This document shows, piece after piece, positions 27,401 to 40,183 of a DNA stretch of 64,000 bases. The stretch comes from Octopus vulgaris. Taxonomy: Eukaryota. The stretch spans positions 105,400,001 to 105,464,000 of the forward strand of contig OX597819.1 in the NCBI GenBank assembly GCA_951406725.2, given 5' to 3'. A program made the translations under genes and the position numbers. Positions within the stretch are counted from its first letter, which is position 1; each line of letters begins with the position of its first letter. The notes below the pieces were generated by a model. That model saw nothing but the letters and a program-made list of their open reading frames with translations. It did not search any database and was not told the origin of the DNA.

Positions 27401-30400
27401 ATCTTTATTTCTTCTTTTGCTGGTGTCTCAAATTTAGGTTAAATCAGTGTTTCTCAAAGGGGAGGCCTATGGGACGGTTGGAAAGTTGTTTTGGGAAAAT
27501 TTGGTTTAAATTTTTGACAACTCAGCACCGTCCATTGGACGGGGGGCGTTTTGATCGTATATTCTATTATGCAAATAATGAATATTAGCGTCGTCTGATA
27601 AGGAAATGATTCTAATGTTAAAGAATTAGTTCAAACACCACCATTCTTTTTCTCTTTCTTTGTCGATATATATATATATAAAATTTTATATTCAAGTATA
27701 CACCTTGTAGTATGCTGTTTAAAGGCCGTCTACAGTATTCGGCTACCAGATGTTAACAACACTATGGAGGTATGCACAACTGGATTTATACCAGGAATTC
27801 TTTTGTGTCCGTGGGGTTTATAGTGCATACTATCCGTCTCTTTTTGCTACACTGACCAAAATGTATTGTTATAGAAATGAACGAAACAACAAGTAAAAAG
27901 TGAGATACCTTTTTAAAAATCACCAGAGGAGACGCATCTGCTCCTATGATGCATGATAATTGTTTGTACATCTCACCTGTAAGGTACCGGTGTATAATGG
28001 GTCGAAACGATCGTAGTGGCTCGTGAATTCCATTTAGTTTCTCACATTTTATGTAAGTGTTGAAGGTGTGTGGCTTTGTGGTTAAGGTATTCGGCTCACG
28101 ATCGTAAGGTCGTGAGTTCAATTCCTGGTGGCGCGCTGTGTCCTTGAGCAAGGCACTTTATTTCATGTTGCCCCAGTCTACTCAGCTGAGTAGTACATGT
28201 ATTTCAAAGGGTCAACTTTGTCACATTCTGTGTTACGCAGAATCTCCTTGAGAACTACGTTAAGAGTTCACGTGTCTGTAGAGTGCTCAGCCACTTGCAT
28301 ATTAATTTCACGAGCAGGGGCCATTCTGTCGATCGGATCAACTGGAACTCACAACGTTGTAACCGACAGAGTGTCAGTTTGTTTGTTTGCTCGTTTGTAT
28401 GTATGTATGTATGTATGTATGTATGTATGTATGTATGTATGTATGTATGTATGTATGTATTTATGTATGTATGTATGATGGGCTTAAACACAGTTTCTAT
28501 TTGCCATATTCTCCTCACAAAGTATTGGTTGACCTGAGACATCTTGACCACACAGTAGTGCCTGCACCCACTTGGAACTATTTTACCTGTGTCACTATTG
28601 CTCATGAGAAAAGTATAAATGTTACTGCGTTTTCTTATCTTTTCCCATCAATGTGAGGTTTCATGATTTCGTGGAAAACAGTGTTAAAAAAACTGGTGAA
28701 ATATTCTCAGTTAGTTTCATCTGAAAGAAGTGATATCCATTTGCAAAAGATTCGTACTTTTAGAAGAAACATTTCTTCAAATATAGATTCTTTAACTTTC
28801 GCCAAAGTGGTTTTAGAAAATGAAGGGGGGGGGGAGAAAAGAAAACAAAAATGAAACTAAAATACCCGGATGATTGACAAATAACATTGTGGTTGGTGTA
28901 GTTGCCATCCATTTGTATTTTTTGCTTTTTAATAAATTCTGAATATCTTTGTTTACATGCAAGTATAGAAAAATGCTGTTTTAAAGATATTCATAATGCT
29001 TCTTAGGAAAGAGTTTTAAAGACTTATGATTAATTTTCCGACATGTTTATTTCTTCTTTTTATTATAAACTATCATTTACAATCCTACACATGCTTAGAA
29101 GCTCAGCAGCTTGGTAATCCATATCTGCTCCTAGTACCATCGGTCACAAGATTAACCTATGTTACAGTTTTTATTTGAATACATGCATAAAATAAATATC
29201 TAGAAAAAATTCCAAGGAAGCTATAATGGTATTTTGTCTGGGGATTTCTTATTCGGGGCCTAATCCCAGCTGCCTAAAAGATTACAGTTAAACAAATATA
29301 AGTATACAACTCCAACTGTTACTACAGATCGCCGAAGAAAATACTTCAAAACATTTCACGTCTTCACAGCCAAACTTCTAAATAAAAAAAAAAAAATTAC
29401 CTCTATGCATGATGTATAAGTTGGCTTCTTTGGGCTCACAAGATGAACAACAGGCGTTGGTATTGAGCCCTATTTCTATATAAATAAACCTATGAGTAGA
29501 TACAGAGATTTTAGTTCTAAATTAAAATTATATATATGTTACAAAAGTGAAGATTTTCACAGTTTATTGTTTGCAGTGTTAGAAAGTTCTGTATTACAAA
29601 CAGTGAACGTTTTGAAATAAATCAAAAACATGCATTCTTTTTGTGTTTGAGAACGAGTGATCATGCTTACTTTCATGGTACACTTGGATTACATAGATGG
29701 ACATTTACATTACTATTTCGAGTCCTGGGACTAATAAGGCCGGTTACTCGGTCTCCTTGGCGTATAAGCGACTGAGATCACAACATACTCCTGGACGAGA
29801 CGCCAATCCGCCGCAGAGCTACTCATTTACAGCTGGGTGGATTGGAGTAACGTGAAATGAAGTGTTTTACCCAGGGTAAAACCACGATCTTGAGACCATG
29901 AGTACAACACCCTAACAACTACGCCAGCGTCTTCACTTATATAGAGGGGGCTTATGGTATTCAACACTGCTGAATTTGAACACTAAAAGCCAATGAAATA
30001 CTCACTAGTTTTATAGTAATGTCGTTGTCTACAGTGGCAAAATATACCAATCCGTAGTACTAAATCATATTTAGGTGAATTTGGTTTGTGAGAGCAAACT
30101 CTGCCAATCATTATCTTAGCACAGATCCTTTGACAGGATTCGAACGGTTGAATTTCGGTTAGTTGTTTGATGCCCTATCGAGTCAACTATCCAAGAAAAC
30201 ATTAGTTTCTTGTTGACCAGACACAAGATTCTTGCCTTATATGAGAGTGAAGAATGAGGAACATAACGATGAAGCTATTCCCAAAGGTATCAACGGAATA
30301 AATGAAACAGTTAGTTTGGGTGGCTTGTTCTTAGCTGATGTTGTTCTTTAGGCCAAGGTCAGCCCTGGTCAATGATATTCCATCCATGATCATCCAGCCT

Positions 30401-30800
30401 GTTTTTTCTACAGACATAGTATAACTAGATTTACATTATTCAAAGTGTTTTTCCATTTTAAAGATAGAATCCTGTGGTTTGAGAGAGATTTATTTTACTA
30501 TATTTAGTTCTTGTGGAGGCTTCAGAATTGGCTCGAATTGTTTTTAATTGATGTTGAACTTGTTATAGTCGTCTTTGCTTGGCGCTAGGTCAAGACCAAG
30601 AGAGCAGACTTATAGTTTGAGGCATTCCAGCTATGACCATCCAGTCTATTCAAGGTTAGGCAGGACTAAATTTATGTGTAATAAATCTTTCTTTCTGTCA
30701 CAACCTCAAGTCTATTATGGTTATCTTCCTACCCTGTGTCTATCCGTATATCCGTATTTCTACCAAGTTTCTGAAGATAACTAGCTGTCATCACAAACCC

Positions 30801-30856
30801 GATGTAGTCTCTGAAGAGACCTCGGGCGAAACAATATACATTCTGTTGGACTCATT
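30801..30856 (+). ncRNA. Type I hammerhead ribozyme (near-intact)
   Basis: Stem I AGUCU/GGACU (extendable). Core CUGAAGA at 30811-30817. Stem II GACC-UC-GGGC with one mismatch. GAAA at 30828-30831. Stem III ACA/UGU; cleavage triplet GUU. Confidence 0.6.
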
Positions 30857-30867
30857 GTTATGGATAA

Positions 30868-30920
<53 letters not shown>

Positions 30921-31149
30921 ACACACACAGACACACACAGACACACACATACACACACGCACACGCACACATTTTAATCGAAGTGTACAGTATTATATAT
31001 CCATTGCGGCTGATCTTACCCAATCGGTTTGCACTTGGGGTTCAACGGAGTGTTAGGTAACAGTCCGATTATGTAACCCTGCGCACATAAGAGGTATTCG
31101 TTAAGGAATGAAATATGGCAACTGCTCTCTATTGTTGGAGGTGAATAGA

Positions 31150-31577
31150 CACATCCGGTTTGTGGTTGCTGTGAAAAGATGATGAAACGAATCGAGCAGG
31201 ATTTTAAAAGTCCCTTGGTACCAAAACATCTTCACTTGGGGTGGTTTTGTTGCAAGTCAGCAAGAGGTTTCTTGAAATGAGTTTGTGGGAAATGTGTATG
31301 TCTTTAAGATTGTTCTTGTGGAAATGGAAAGTGTGTAGTGGTATTATATATATATAAGCTTTGCTTTGGGTATACACATTTCTTTTATGCATTGGTTAAA
31401 TTTGTGAGGCATTTGTGTGTGTGTGCGGTGTGTGTAGAAGTACAATATGTGTGGCTGCTTACGTTGGGAGTGATGGAAAAAAGTCTATTTGGCTAGGTGT
31501 CCGCCGTGCTGGGACACGTGTGTTTGTGGGTATATTGGTGGCATGTTCTGGCCAAACTCTCTGCTGGACTTTCAGGT

Positions 31578-31624
<47 letters not shown>

Positions 31625-31985
31625 GGGCTGAAGTTGAGGAACTGGTTATTATATCATGATGGGGCACGCAGGTACTTTCATATGGGCAAGGATTAAAAAT
31701 TTCACTTCTGCTAGTCAGATAAATGCCTGAGTGCCTCTGCTCAGGCGTGGGTCTACTTACTAAAATCTTTTAAACATTAAGTGCACAGCTAAAGGAAATT
31801 CTCAGGGCATGCCTGTTAAATATTTTGCTGAACCTATTTGTAAGGGGGAAGTGCTTGTCTACTCGGGTTTTAGCACTTAAAGAGAAGGGCGGTGTGAACC
31901 ATAGCACTTTCCGATGACGCTTTCTCTTGGAGGGGTTAGGATTTGGCATGTAACTAATTCTATCTTTGAAACCGCTTGCGGCCAT
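31150..31985 (-). mobile_element. Penelope-like element fragment
   Basis: KRKRHRKVLWFTPPFSLSAKT..DKHFPLTNRFSKIFNRHALRISFSCALNV is the conserved RT-to-GIY-YIG linker of Penelope-like elements. Interrupted by microsatellites. Confidence 0.75.
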
Positions 31986-32519
31986 GTATGTATGTATGCT
32001 TGTATGTATGTATGTATGTATGTATGTATGTATGTATGTAGTGTGTGTGTGAGTGTGCATACGTATATGTATGTATATCCCATGGTTTCAACTATGAGTA
32101 TTACTCATTGGATTATAGTCGAAGTGGTTGAATATTCCACAGACATTTATCCCTTTGACCATAGACACAGAAATAGTAGTAGTAGCAGCAGCAGCAGCAG
32201 CAGTAGTAGTAGATAATTACTGCCATAGTAAAGGGGATATCTATATATTCGTGTACGGTTCATTAGGATTATTGGTTTCAAATGATTGTCATGGTAACCA
32301 ATGTAAGAACCTAGCTTACACTGAAAATACGCATGATTTTTCAACATAGGAAATTATAAGCACATTGGTGGTTAAAAACGGTGAGTGGTAAACATTTTGA
32401 GTTAAAATTCTACCACGGTTGACTTTGCTTTTCCTCACTTCCAGGTCGAAGGAAAATGCGAGCATAATATACTCAGGTTTGATCTATCTCCTTATCAAAA
32501 ATTGAGCTTTTGAAGTTAG

Positions 32520-32639
32520 CTTGCTTACCAACCACATGGTTCCGGGTTCAGTCCCACTGCGTGGCACCTTGGGCAAGTGTCTACTACTATAGCCTTGTGA
32601 GTGGATTTGGTAGACGGAAACTGAAAGAAGCCCGTCGTA

Positions 32640-32697
<58 letters not shown>

Positions 32698-32915
32698 CAT
32701 GTATGTTTGTGTGTCTGTGTTTGTCTCCCTAGCATTGCTTGACAACCGATGCTGGTGTGTTTATGTCCCCGTCACTTAGCGGTTCGGCAAAAGAGACCGA
32801 TAGAATAAGTACTGGGCTTACAAAGAATAAGTCCCGGGGTCGAGTTGCTCGACTAAAGGCGGTGCTCCAGCATGGCCGTAGTCAACTGACTGAAACAAGT
32901 AAAAGAGTAAGAGTA
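32520..32915 (+). mobile_element. CORE-like tRNA-derived SINE (5' clipped)
   Basis: Same family as 4749-5167. Confidence 0.85.
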
Positions 32916-33334
32916 AGAGTAAGAATAATTCTTTCTAGTTTTAACACAAGCGAGCAGTTTTAAGAGGAGAAGGCATGTCGATTACATTGACGAGTATTCG
33001 ACTGGTACTTATTTTATCGATCCCGAAAGGATAAAACAAAGTGACCTGAGCAGCTTGGGAACTCAGAACATAAAACTGGAAAAATGCTACTGAGCATTTT
33101 GTCCGGCGTGCTAACGATTCTGCCAGTTCGTCGCTTTAATTGTTTCGCATTTTAGCACAAGGCCAGCAGTTTTATAAGAAAGGTGCTAGTCGATTACATT
33201 GTGCCCAGTATCTTACTAGTACTTTATTTTATCAGTCCCGAAAGGGTGAAAGGCAACATTGAACTCGGTCGGAAGAAATGCCGCTAAGCATTTTGTCCGA
33301 CTCACTAATGATTCTGTCAGTCCTCCGCTGTTTC

Positions 33335-33743
33335 GGATCTTTTCAGTTTGAACAGCAGTTTTTAACATAATTTCTAGGTAACTAAAAAATTTAAAACTTC
33401 GTATACTGGTAGAATGTGCTTATAAAACATCTTTTTGTCTTGACTTTATTGAGAAAATTCTATAGTTTGTAAGATATTTGTTGTTTTTTTCTTCAATTTT
33501 TGCAATTTCAACCAATCACTGATGTCCATTGAGGTAAACAACATTCTGTGCCGTATGAATATGTCCCTCGTTTAAGAAACAGATTGGGTTTATTTACATT
33601 TGTGAAGAAAAAAAGATGTCCTTCCCCCACCCCTAACCCTAAAATAGATTGAAATGCAATAGATCGATACTAGGGTCATAATTATGGGTGACAATTTCAT
33701 ATGACACCGCTAGAAAAAACTGCCGTTCAAACCGAAAAGATCC
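33335..33743. mobile_element. 409-bp MITE with about 28-bp TIRs and 8-bp TSD (Merlin-like)
   Basis: TIR GGATCTTTTCRGTTTGAACRGCAGTTTTTT at both ends. Exact TSD GCTGTTTC at 33327-33334 and 33744-33751. Confidence 0.88.
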
Positions 33744-36207
33744 GCTGTTTCTAACAAAGACAAAAGGACTAATTTTTCGTGATGGTGGTAGATGAGTAAA
33801 TCAATTAAATGACTCTAGTACCTGACAGGTACTTTATTTTAACGATGTCTGAAAGATGAAAGGCAAAACTGACTTCGGTGGGGTTTGAACTGAGAGCTCA
33901 AATAGTCGGAACAAATACCGTAAAGAATTTTTTATCCGATACACTAACGACTCTGCTAATTCATCGCCCTTTTGCGCAGACACAAATAGCGAGCGATGTT
34001 GTTTATAGAAGCCAAAAAAAAAAAAAAAAAGAAAAAGGAAACGGAAAAGAAAACGAGAAGAAAAATAGGTAAACGGAGTTAAGGGAATGCAGGAAGAGAG
34101 GGTTGAGGTGAAGAAGGAAGACAAGGAAAAGGGAGAAAAAGAGGCGCTATGCTTGAAAACGAGGCTTGCAGTTGAGGAAGAAGAATTACATCTATAACAC
34201 GTGATGGTCAGAAGGCATTTGTAGTTTATTGTAAAACTGAATATATTATAAACAATCGATAAAGAAATAATAACAAAACGAATTCATCCGGGTTTTCATT
34301 CAACAGAATTTCAAAAGTCAGAAAACCGTGTCCACGTAAGCTTAGTATTAATTTTTCGATTTTTCTGAAAGTAAACACAATAAAAACAATATTTTAGTAA
34401 GATCTGAGAAGACTGGAGTGAATTTTAAATAATTTTCACAACTATTATTAATCGTAACTGAAGATTTATTGAGGCTTTTTATATTTATGGGTTGCTCTGT
34501 TTTTTCACATGCGGTCATCCTTTTCTATATTCAATAAAATGCCTTTTGAATGATTGCTAAGGATTCCCTCGCCAACACGCAACAGCATCTTTTTGTATCT
34601 TATTTATTTACTACAATAGTCTCTATTATTTCTGAACCATGTAGGTGCGTACTCATTTCATCTAAACCCATGCAGTCCATTCGTCTCTTTTCCTCATTCC
34701 GTCATCTTCACCGTGTTTCATCTCCTAGATCCTGTACAAAATATTTCGCCGAAATTTTTTCCCCAGAATCCCCCGTTCAGCCATTTCATGCTAACATAGA
34801 CCTACAAATACCTAAGCTCTCACAAGTTTGAGAGGATTTACAAAGAATGCAGACACTTCCCTTTCTTTCGTGAACAACTCACAAGGACGAAGTGAAAATA
34901 GTTCGAACGACACTCGACTGTGAACTAACAAGTCAATTCGGTTTTCCAAATTATCTCTTGATCTTTTGTGTTGATCGCCATTATGACATATTGTATGGTC
35001 TATTGCATTTTTGGCTGAGTATACCGATACTACCAAAACGATAGCTGAACCCAGTTAATGAACATAACGGTAAATTACAAGTAGATAAGATTGAAGGTCA
35101 GTTTCTTTTCAATTTAGTGAATCCGAAAAAAAAAAACCCAAAGCAAAAAGGATCGGGCATATGGCCTTCTTAGAACATTCTTAATTATTTGACTTTAATA
35201 CCTGTAACATTGTTGCTTTCTCTAAAGGGCGTTAACCAACTAATGGTGCTTTTTCATAGAGCATTGTAGATTAGGATAGGAAGAAATTCCTTAGAGATAG
35301 CAGGATCTCAACTAGCGTCTAATCCTAAGAAGTAAAGGACTTTAAGAACGGTTGTTTCATTTTGACTAGGTGGCGCACCTCAAGACAGTGCTAGGAGATA
35401 CTGCAGGGAGATACAAAATGACGATTGATGGTTCAAGATGTTTAAACATTTCGGGCTATACCAAGATTTCAATATCCTGGTAACATGTCTTATTTTAAGT
35501 ATTTTTGTGTGTTCATACCCCACTTCCACCCCACTCCACTCCAGAAGAAAACTTCCAATTGCCGCTAAGGTGAAACAGATGTTGAGAATTGAGGACCAAT
35601 TTAAAAATATAAAAAAATTATAGAATATGAATTAAATGGCCTAAATCATGAGTTTCAAGAGATGCACATATTTTAGTCGCTCAAAACACTCCATATGCAT
35701 AACAAATATCATGGAAAAACATAGCATTTCATATACATAACTGATATCATGGAAAAACTTTCAAAATAAAACTAAGATGACTTCTTGGTAACACGTAACT
35801 AACAACGCTGTTTACAAAAGGCGATATAAAATAAGTAAATAAAGCACAACAAACATAAAAATAACAGTAATAATAATCTTCATGCCTTGATTGCTGCAAA
35901 TAGATTGAATTAATTGAAAGCATTAATTATTTCATGAAACAAAATCACGAGTCAACCAATAAGCAACAGGAATCGTTTCCTCATTTTCCTACATTATACG
36001 AGCTTTTAGGTTCTTGACATATACACAGTCTTGGTTTAAGTTCTCGTTTACGATTAGCATATTCTTGCTTCTGCTCGATAATCACACTTGTTAATTAATA
36101 ATCCAGCCAATGAATCAGACATGATTAGACTAGAAAAAAAATTCAACCTATTGAGAATTAATCTCGTCGGGTGTGAGGAGACTAAAACGTACTGATAAAG
36201 AGGGAGT

Positions 36208-36213
36208 TTTATT
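36208..36213 (-). terminator. Candidate AATAAA for gene B
   Basis: AATAAA about 23 nt after the TAA stop. Confidence 0.4.
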
Positions 36214-36235
36214 TACACTCAGTTTACGTGGAATG

Positions 36236-36444
36236 TTAAACGGGATCCGGAATCCCAAGATATTTACCGATTTCGCAGTCAGATTCCTTTGCAAGTACAC
36301 ATCTCTGAAGCTTAAGACTAAAATGAAGCCGGTCTGGACATTGCATTACAGTCATTGAAGTGTGGTTAAAGCATGGAATGTAACTGTGGCAATTTTCTGG
36401 GTTTCTGTTGTTTCCGTTCGGATAGTCGTCACATAATTTGTCAT
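36236..36444 (-). CDS. Gene B exon 2 (probably terminal): chitin-binding type-2 domain 2
   Basis: Acceptor ttacaccctgcag|, phase 1. Reads DDKLCDDYPNGNNRNPENCHSYIPCFNHTSMTVMQCPDRLHFSLKLQRCVLAKESDCEIGKYLGIPDPV*. The 3' end is uncertain: alternative donors at 36267 and 36227. Confidence 0.82.
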
Positions 36445-36509
36445 CTGCAGGGTGTAAATAAGAAAAAGAAAGTTTTAGGATAAACATCATAAAATGATTA
36501 AATTATTAT

Positions 36510-36945
36510 TTTCTACTCTAGGCACAAGGCCCGAAATTTTGGGGGAGAAGGCCAGTCGATTAGATCGACCCGAGTACGCTACTGGTACTTAATTTATCGA
36601 TCCCGAAAGGATGAATGGCAAAGTTGACCTCGGCAGAATTTGAACTCAGAACGTAAAAACAGACGAGATACCTATTTCTTTACTACCCACAAGGGGCTAA
36701 ACACAGAGGGGACAAACAAGGACAGACAAACGGATTAAGTCGATTATATCGACCCCAGTGCGTAACTGGTACTTATTTAATCGACCCCGAAAGGATGAAA
36801 GGCAAAGCGGCAGACGAAATACCGCTAAGCATTTCGCCCGGAAAATATAAATATTCTTTTCTACTATAGGCACAAGGCCCAAAACTTTTGTGGAAGGGGC
36901 CAGTCGATTAGATCGAGTCCAGTACGCAGCTGGTACTTAATTTAG
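36510..36945 (-). mobile_element. MetaSINE-like SINE cluster beside the gene B exon 2 acceptor
   Basis: Same family as 1620-2021. Confidence 0.85.
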
Positions 36946-37019
36946 AAAATATAAATAATATTAGAACAAAACTGAATATTTCGTTGAGTTGTTTTAATGT
37001 TAACTACTTTGTAGTGGTT

Positions 37020-37098
<79 letters not shown>

Positions 37099-37591
37099 AA
37101 GAGAGAGAGAGATAGAGAGAGAGAGACTTTGTGTATGTGTCCGCATAGCGAATTTGAGAATAATGCCAAAGAAAATGTTAGATGTTATAGTCTTGTTCAA
37201 GGGTGTTATAACATTTAAAGAAAAAAAGTCATCAAAGAATGTTCTGTCATTAGATTGTGTCATTTAGTTTTCCAAAAAGACTGTCTATTTACTGCTGTCA
37301 GTCTACATTTCTTCTGAACTACTATTTTTCTCTGATTAACCCCTTTACCAAGCATTCTGAGTACTTCTTTATTGATATTATTTCAGTTATGCTTACACAC
37401 ACAAATCAGCAACAGTTAATGGAGCAGCAGGTGATTGCTCATAACAGCAACAGGTGTTGTTCTAAGCAACAGGTGATTGCTCATTACTCAGGAGTCATGG
37501 ATAATGTCTATCCAATCGTATGTCCCAGAAAAAGTCAAACAGAGGAGCCAAACGTTAACTCAATGGGAAGTAGTAGTCACTGTTAATGGAA

Positions 37592-37662
<71 letters not shown>

Positions 37663-37823
37663 GTATGTATGCTCTTCCATTTCTCTTTTTAATTTTAGAG
37701 TAAATTTTGAATTTTCACTGGCCACCTACTTGGTAGCAATGTTGTGAAGGAATGTACCTTCTTTTAACCATCATCCTTTAAACCTTAAGAAGGTCTTTTA
37801 TGTATGTATGCATGCATGCATGC

Positions 37824-37856
<33 letters not shown>

Positions 37857-37989
37857 TGTATGTATGTATGTATGTATGTATGTATATATGCATGTATGTA
37901 TGTAAAGTTACATAAGTTTGACACAAATGTCAGTCCAGACTTCAAGTTTCTAATTGATTTCAGAGCGTAATATCAGTTTTGTCATCAAC

Positions 37990-38900
37990 CGTATGGGAGA
38001 GAAACCTGCTTGGTATAAATGAACAAAATCTGTGTGGCCAATCTAGAACCACCAGGATGAATGTATAGTTATCCCCCGTTGAACTAGAAAGCATTAAGAG
38101 ACGGGTTTTGAGGGGCGATAAGATGAGTGGCAAATGGAATGATGATAAAGAGAATGTACAGTCTACATTATAGACAATGAGCTTATGGTTGTGGAGTTAG
38201 AGGGAGAAGGGCATGAGGTTGAGATTAATGTTTAGGAAAATGGTGAGAGATTCAAGTAACAAAGAAACATCTTGAACGATATCATAGACATTTTAGCCTC
38301 CTGTGAGCAGAGCTGTTCATACAGGGTTTGAAATAGTAGACAAAAGGAAATTCGGAGAATGAGTTAGGAAGGTTAATGACGTTGCTGGCGATGTTAGGAC
38401 TGAAAACATCACAGACACTAGAAGCTTCATAACTGCATTTTTGAACATTTTAGCCCGGAAGTTAGGTTTACAAGCCACTGGTAATCGACAACGTAACTAG
38501 AAGGAATCACGGTAGAAAAGGAGGATAAAGCAGTCCATCCATGAGATCAGAAAACATTAATATCCAAGAAAGGAAAAAGGGAGATGAAATTTGGAAGAAA
38601 GAGAAGTATGTTGAGTTAGAGAGAAAGTATAGGGCGATGTGAGGGGAATCAATGTTGTAACTGAAGAATTAAAACAGCGGTTGAAAGCTAAAGGTCGTAA
38701 ACTGAAGAAATACGAACCATAGAGTGAGCAGTATATGCTTAATAGACTTTTTGATTAAGACCGGAAACGAGTTTATCAGGAATTGAATGGAAAAGAAAAA
38801 GTTGAAAATACTGTGCATGATGCCGAGGAGAGCAAAAGATTCTGGTCGAACACATGGTCTCAGAAAAACAGCACGAAACTGAAGTGGTATGGTTACGGTC
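37990..38900 (+). mobile_element. Decayed N-terminal part of a Dong/R4-like LINE
   Basis: NEQNLCGQ, RKLGL and EELKQRLKAKG..L.KY...EQY.LNRLF motifs parallel to the element at 46600-47700. Confidence 0.6.
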
Positions 38901-39073
38901 ACTCAAGTACCCAAAGGAAAGTCATGTCTCTTTGAGACAAAAAAGAAAGCCTTGAAACCTTTTGGTAATTTGTTATTACCTGTTTTCAAATAAAGGAAAA
39001 ATTCGAGAATTAAGATTTACCAGTGTCAGATGATGATAATGATGATGATGATGATATAATAATAATAATAATA

Positions 39074-39140
<67 letters not shown>

Positions 39141-39141
<1 letters not shown>

Positions 39142-39679
39142 AGCTGTACCAGGCAGTGGCTTTCATGACTTTTCATCTTAACTGATTAGAAGTCTTATCA
39201 TGTACATTGTTTTGTCTTGGTGTAAAAGATGGGCTACAACAAATATTCTGTTCAATACCACAGTTTTGATTGTCAGTTGTTTGACCTTAACCAGTTGAGC
39301 ATGTCCCTTAGTGGCTGACGATGTGTGCATCTCTGATCACGAGCAGAAGTAGTGGTGGACGTTCATAGCCATGTGTTGAGAGGAATTCTTTGAGGTTTGG
39401 ATAATTCACCTCTGGACACATGGGTGTTTCGTTCAACATCCATAAACAACACTTATTCAGAGACCTTCTGAAAGCCATGCGCTACTTGACCTAAAGAAAA
39501 TTCTAACTGATCCCCACCTACAAGATCATGCGCTGTTAATCTTGGTATGAGATCACCATGTCGTGCACATATGGTTGTGATGAATGTGTCTGGTATACCC
39601 TTATCAGGTGGGTAGTCATACTGGGCTTCGCATATTTTATCCCAGCGTCACTTTGATGGCATGCACTGCTATCTCACTC

Positions 39680-39682
<3 letters not shown>
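39141..39682 (+). mobile_element. Non-coding (TAA)n-tailed repeat; partial inverted copies at 60179-60540 and 61321-61590
   Basis: Three copies share the end ...GATGGCATGCACTGCT.TC.CACTCAATAATAA followed by (TAA)n. Confidence 0.7.
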
Positions 39683-39730
<48 letters not shown>

Positions 39731-39731
<1 letters not shown>

Positions 39732-40112
39732 TCTGTCAAGGAATTTGACAAACTAAGTAAATATAAGGACCTGGAAATTGAAATACAAAAGATGTGGCAT
39801 CTTAAAATGAGAATTGTTCCTGTTATTGTAGGTGCCCGAGGTATGATAAAAAAGGGATGTCAGAAACATCTAGATAAGATACCAGGAGAACCATGTCTCA
39901 AAGAAATCCAGAAGAATGTGGTAACAAGTACTGCCCACATCCTTAGAAAAACCCTACCCATTTAAATATCTGTATTGCATTACATAAAGATAGTTTACTA
40001 CCTCCACCCCCAAGCTTTCAGTAATATTGTAACATCTCTTATACTACACACACCCCAGGACGCTGGGTGTATCCTCGGCAAGTGACTGTAACAATGATGC
40101 AAATTAAAAGTA
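39731..40112 (+). mobile_element. 5'-truncated Dong/R4-like LINE 3' end
   Basis: KEFDKLSKYKDLEIEIQKMWHLK..VPVIVGA.GMIKKG...TAHILRK, then 3' UTR and (TAA)n. Same family at 40710-40865 and 42385-42898. Confidence 0.85.
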
Positions 40113-40113
40113 A

Positions 40114-40180
<67 letters not shown>

Positions 40181-40183
<3 letters not shown>

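Noticed and set aside
33631-33642. CCCTAACCCTAA telomere-like motif
   Set aside because: Only two units, inside a MITE.
34500-35060. ORFs at 34550-34831 and 34812-35036
   Set aside because: No recognisable domain, ChtBD2 pattern or splice support.
35990-36130. Possible third exon of gene B (…LCICQEPK…) just downstream of exon 2
   Set aside because: No six-Cys spacing and no convincing acceptor in phase.
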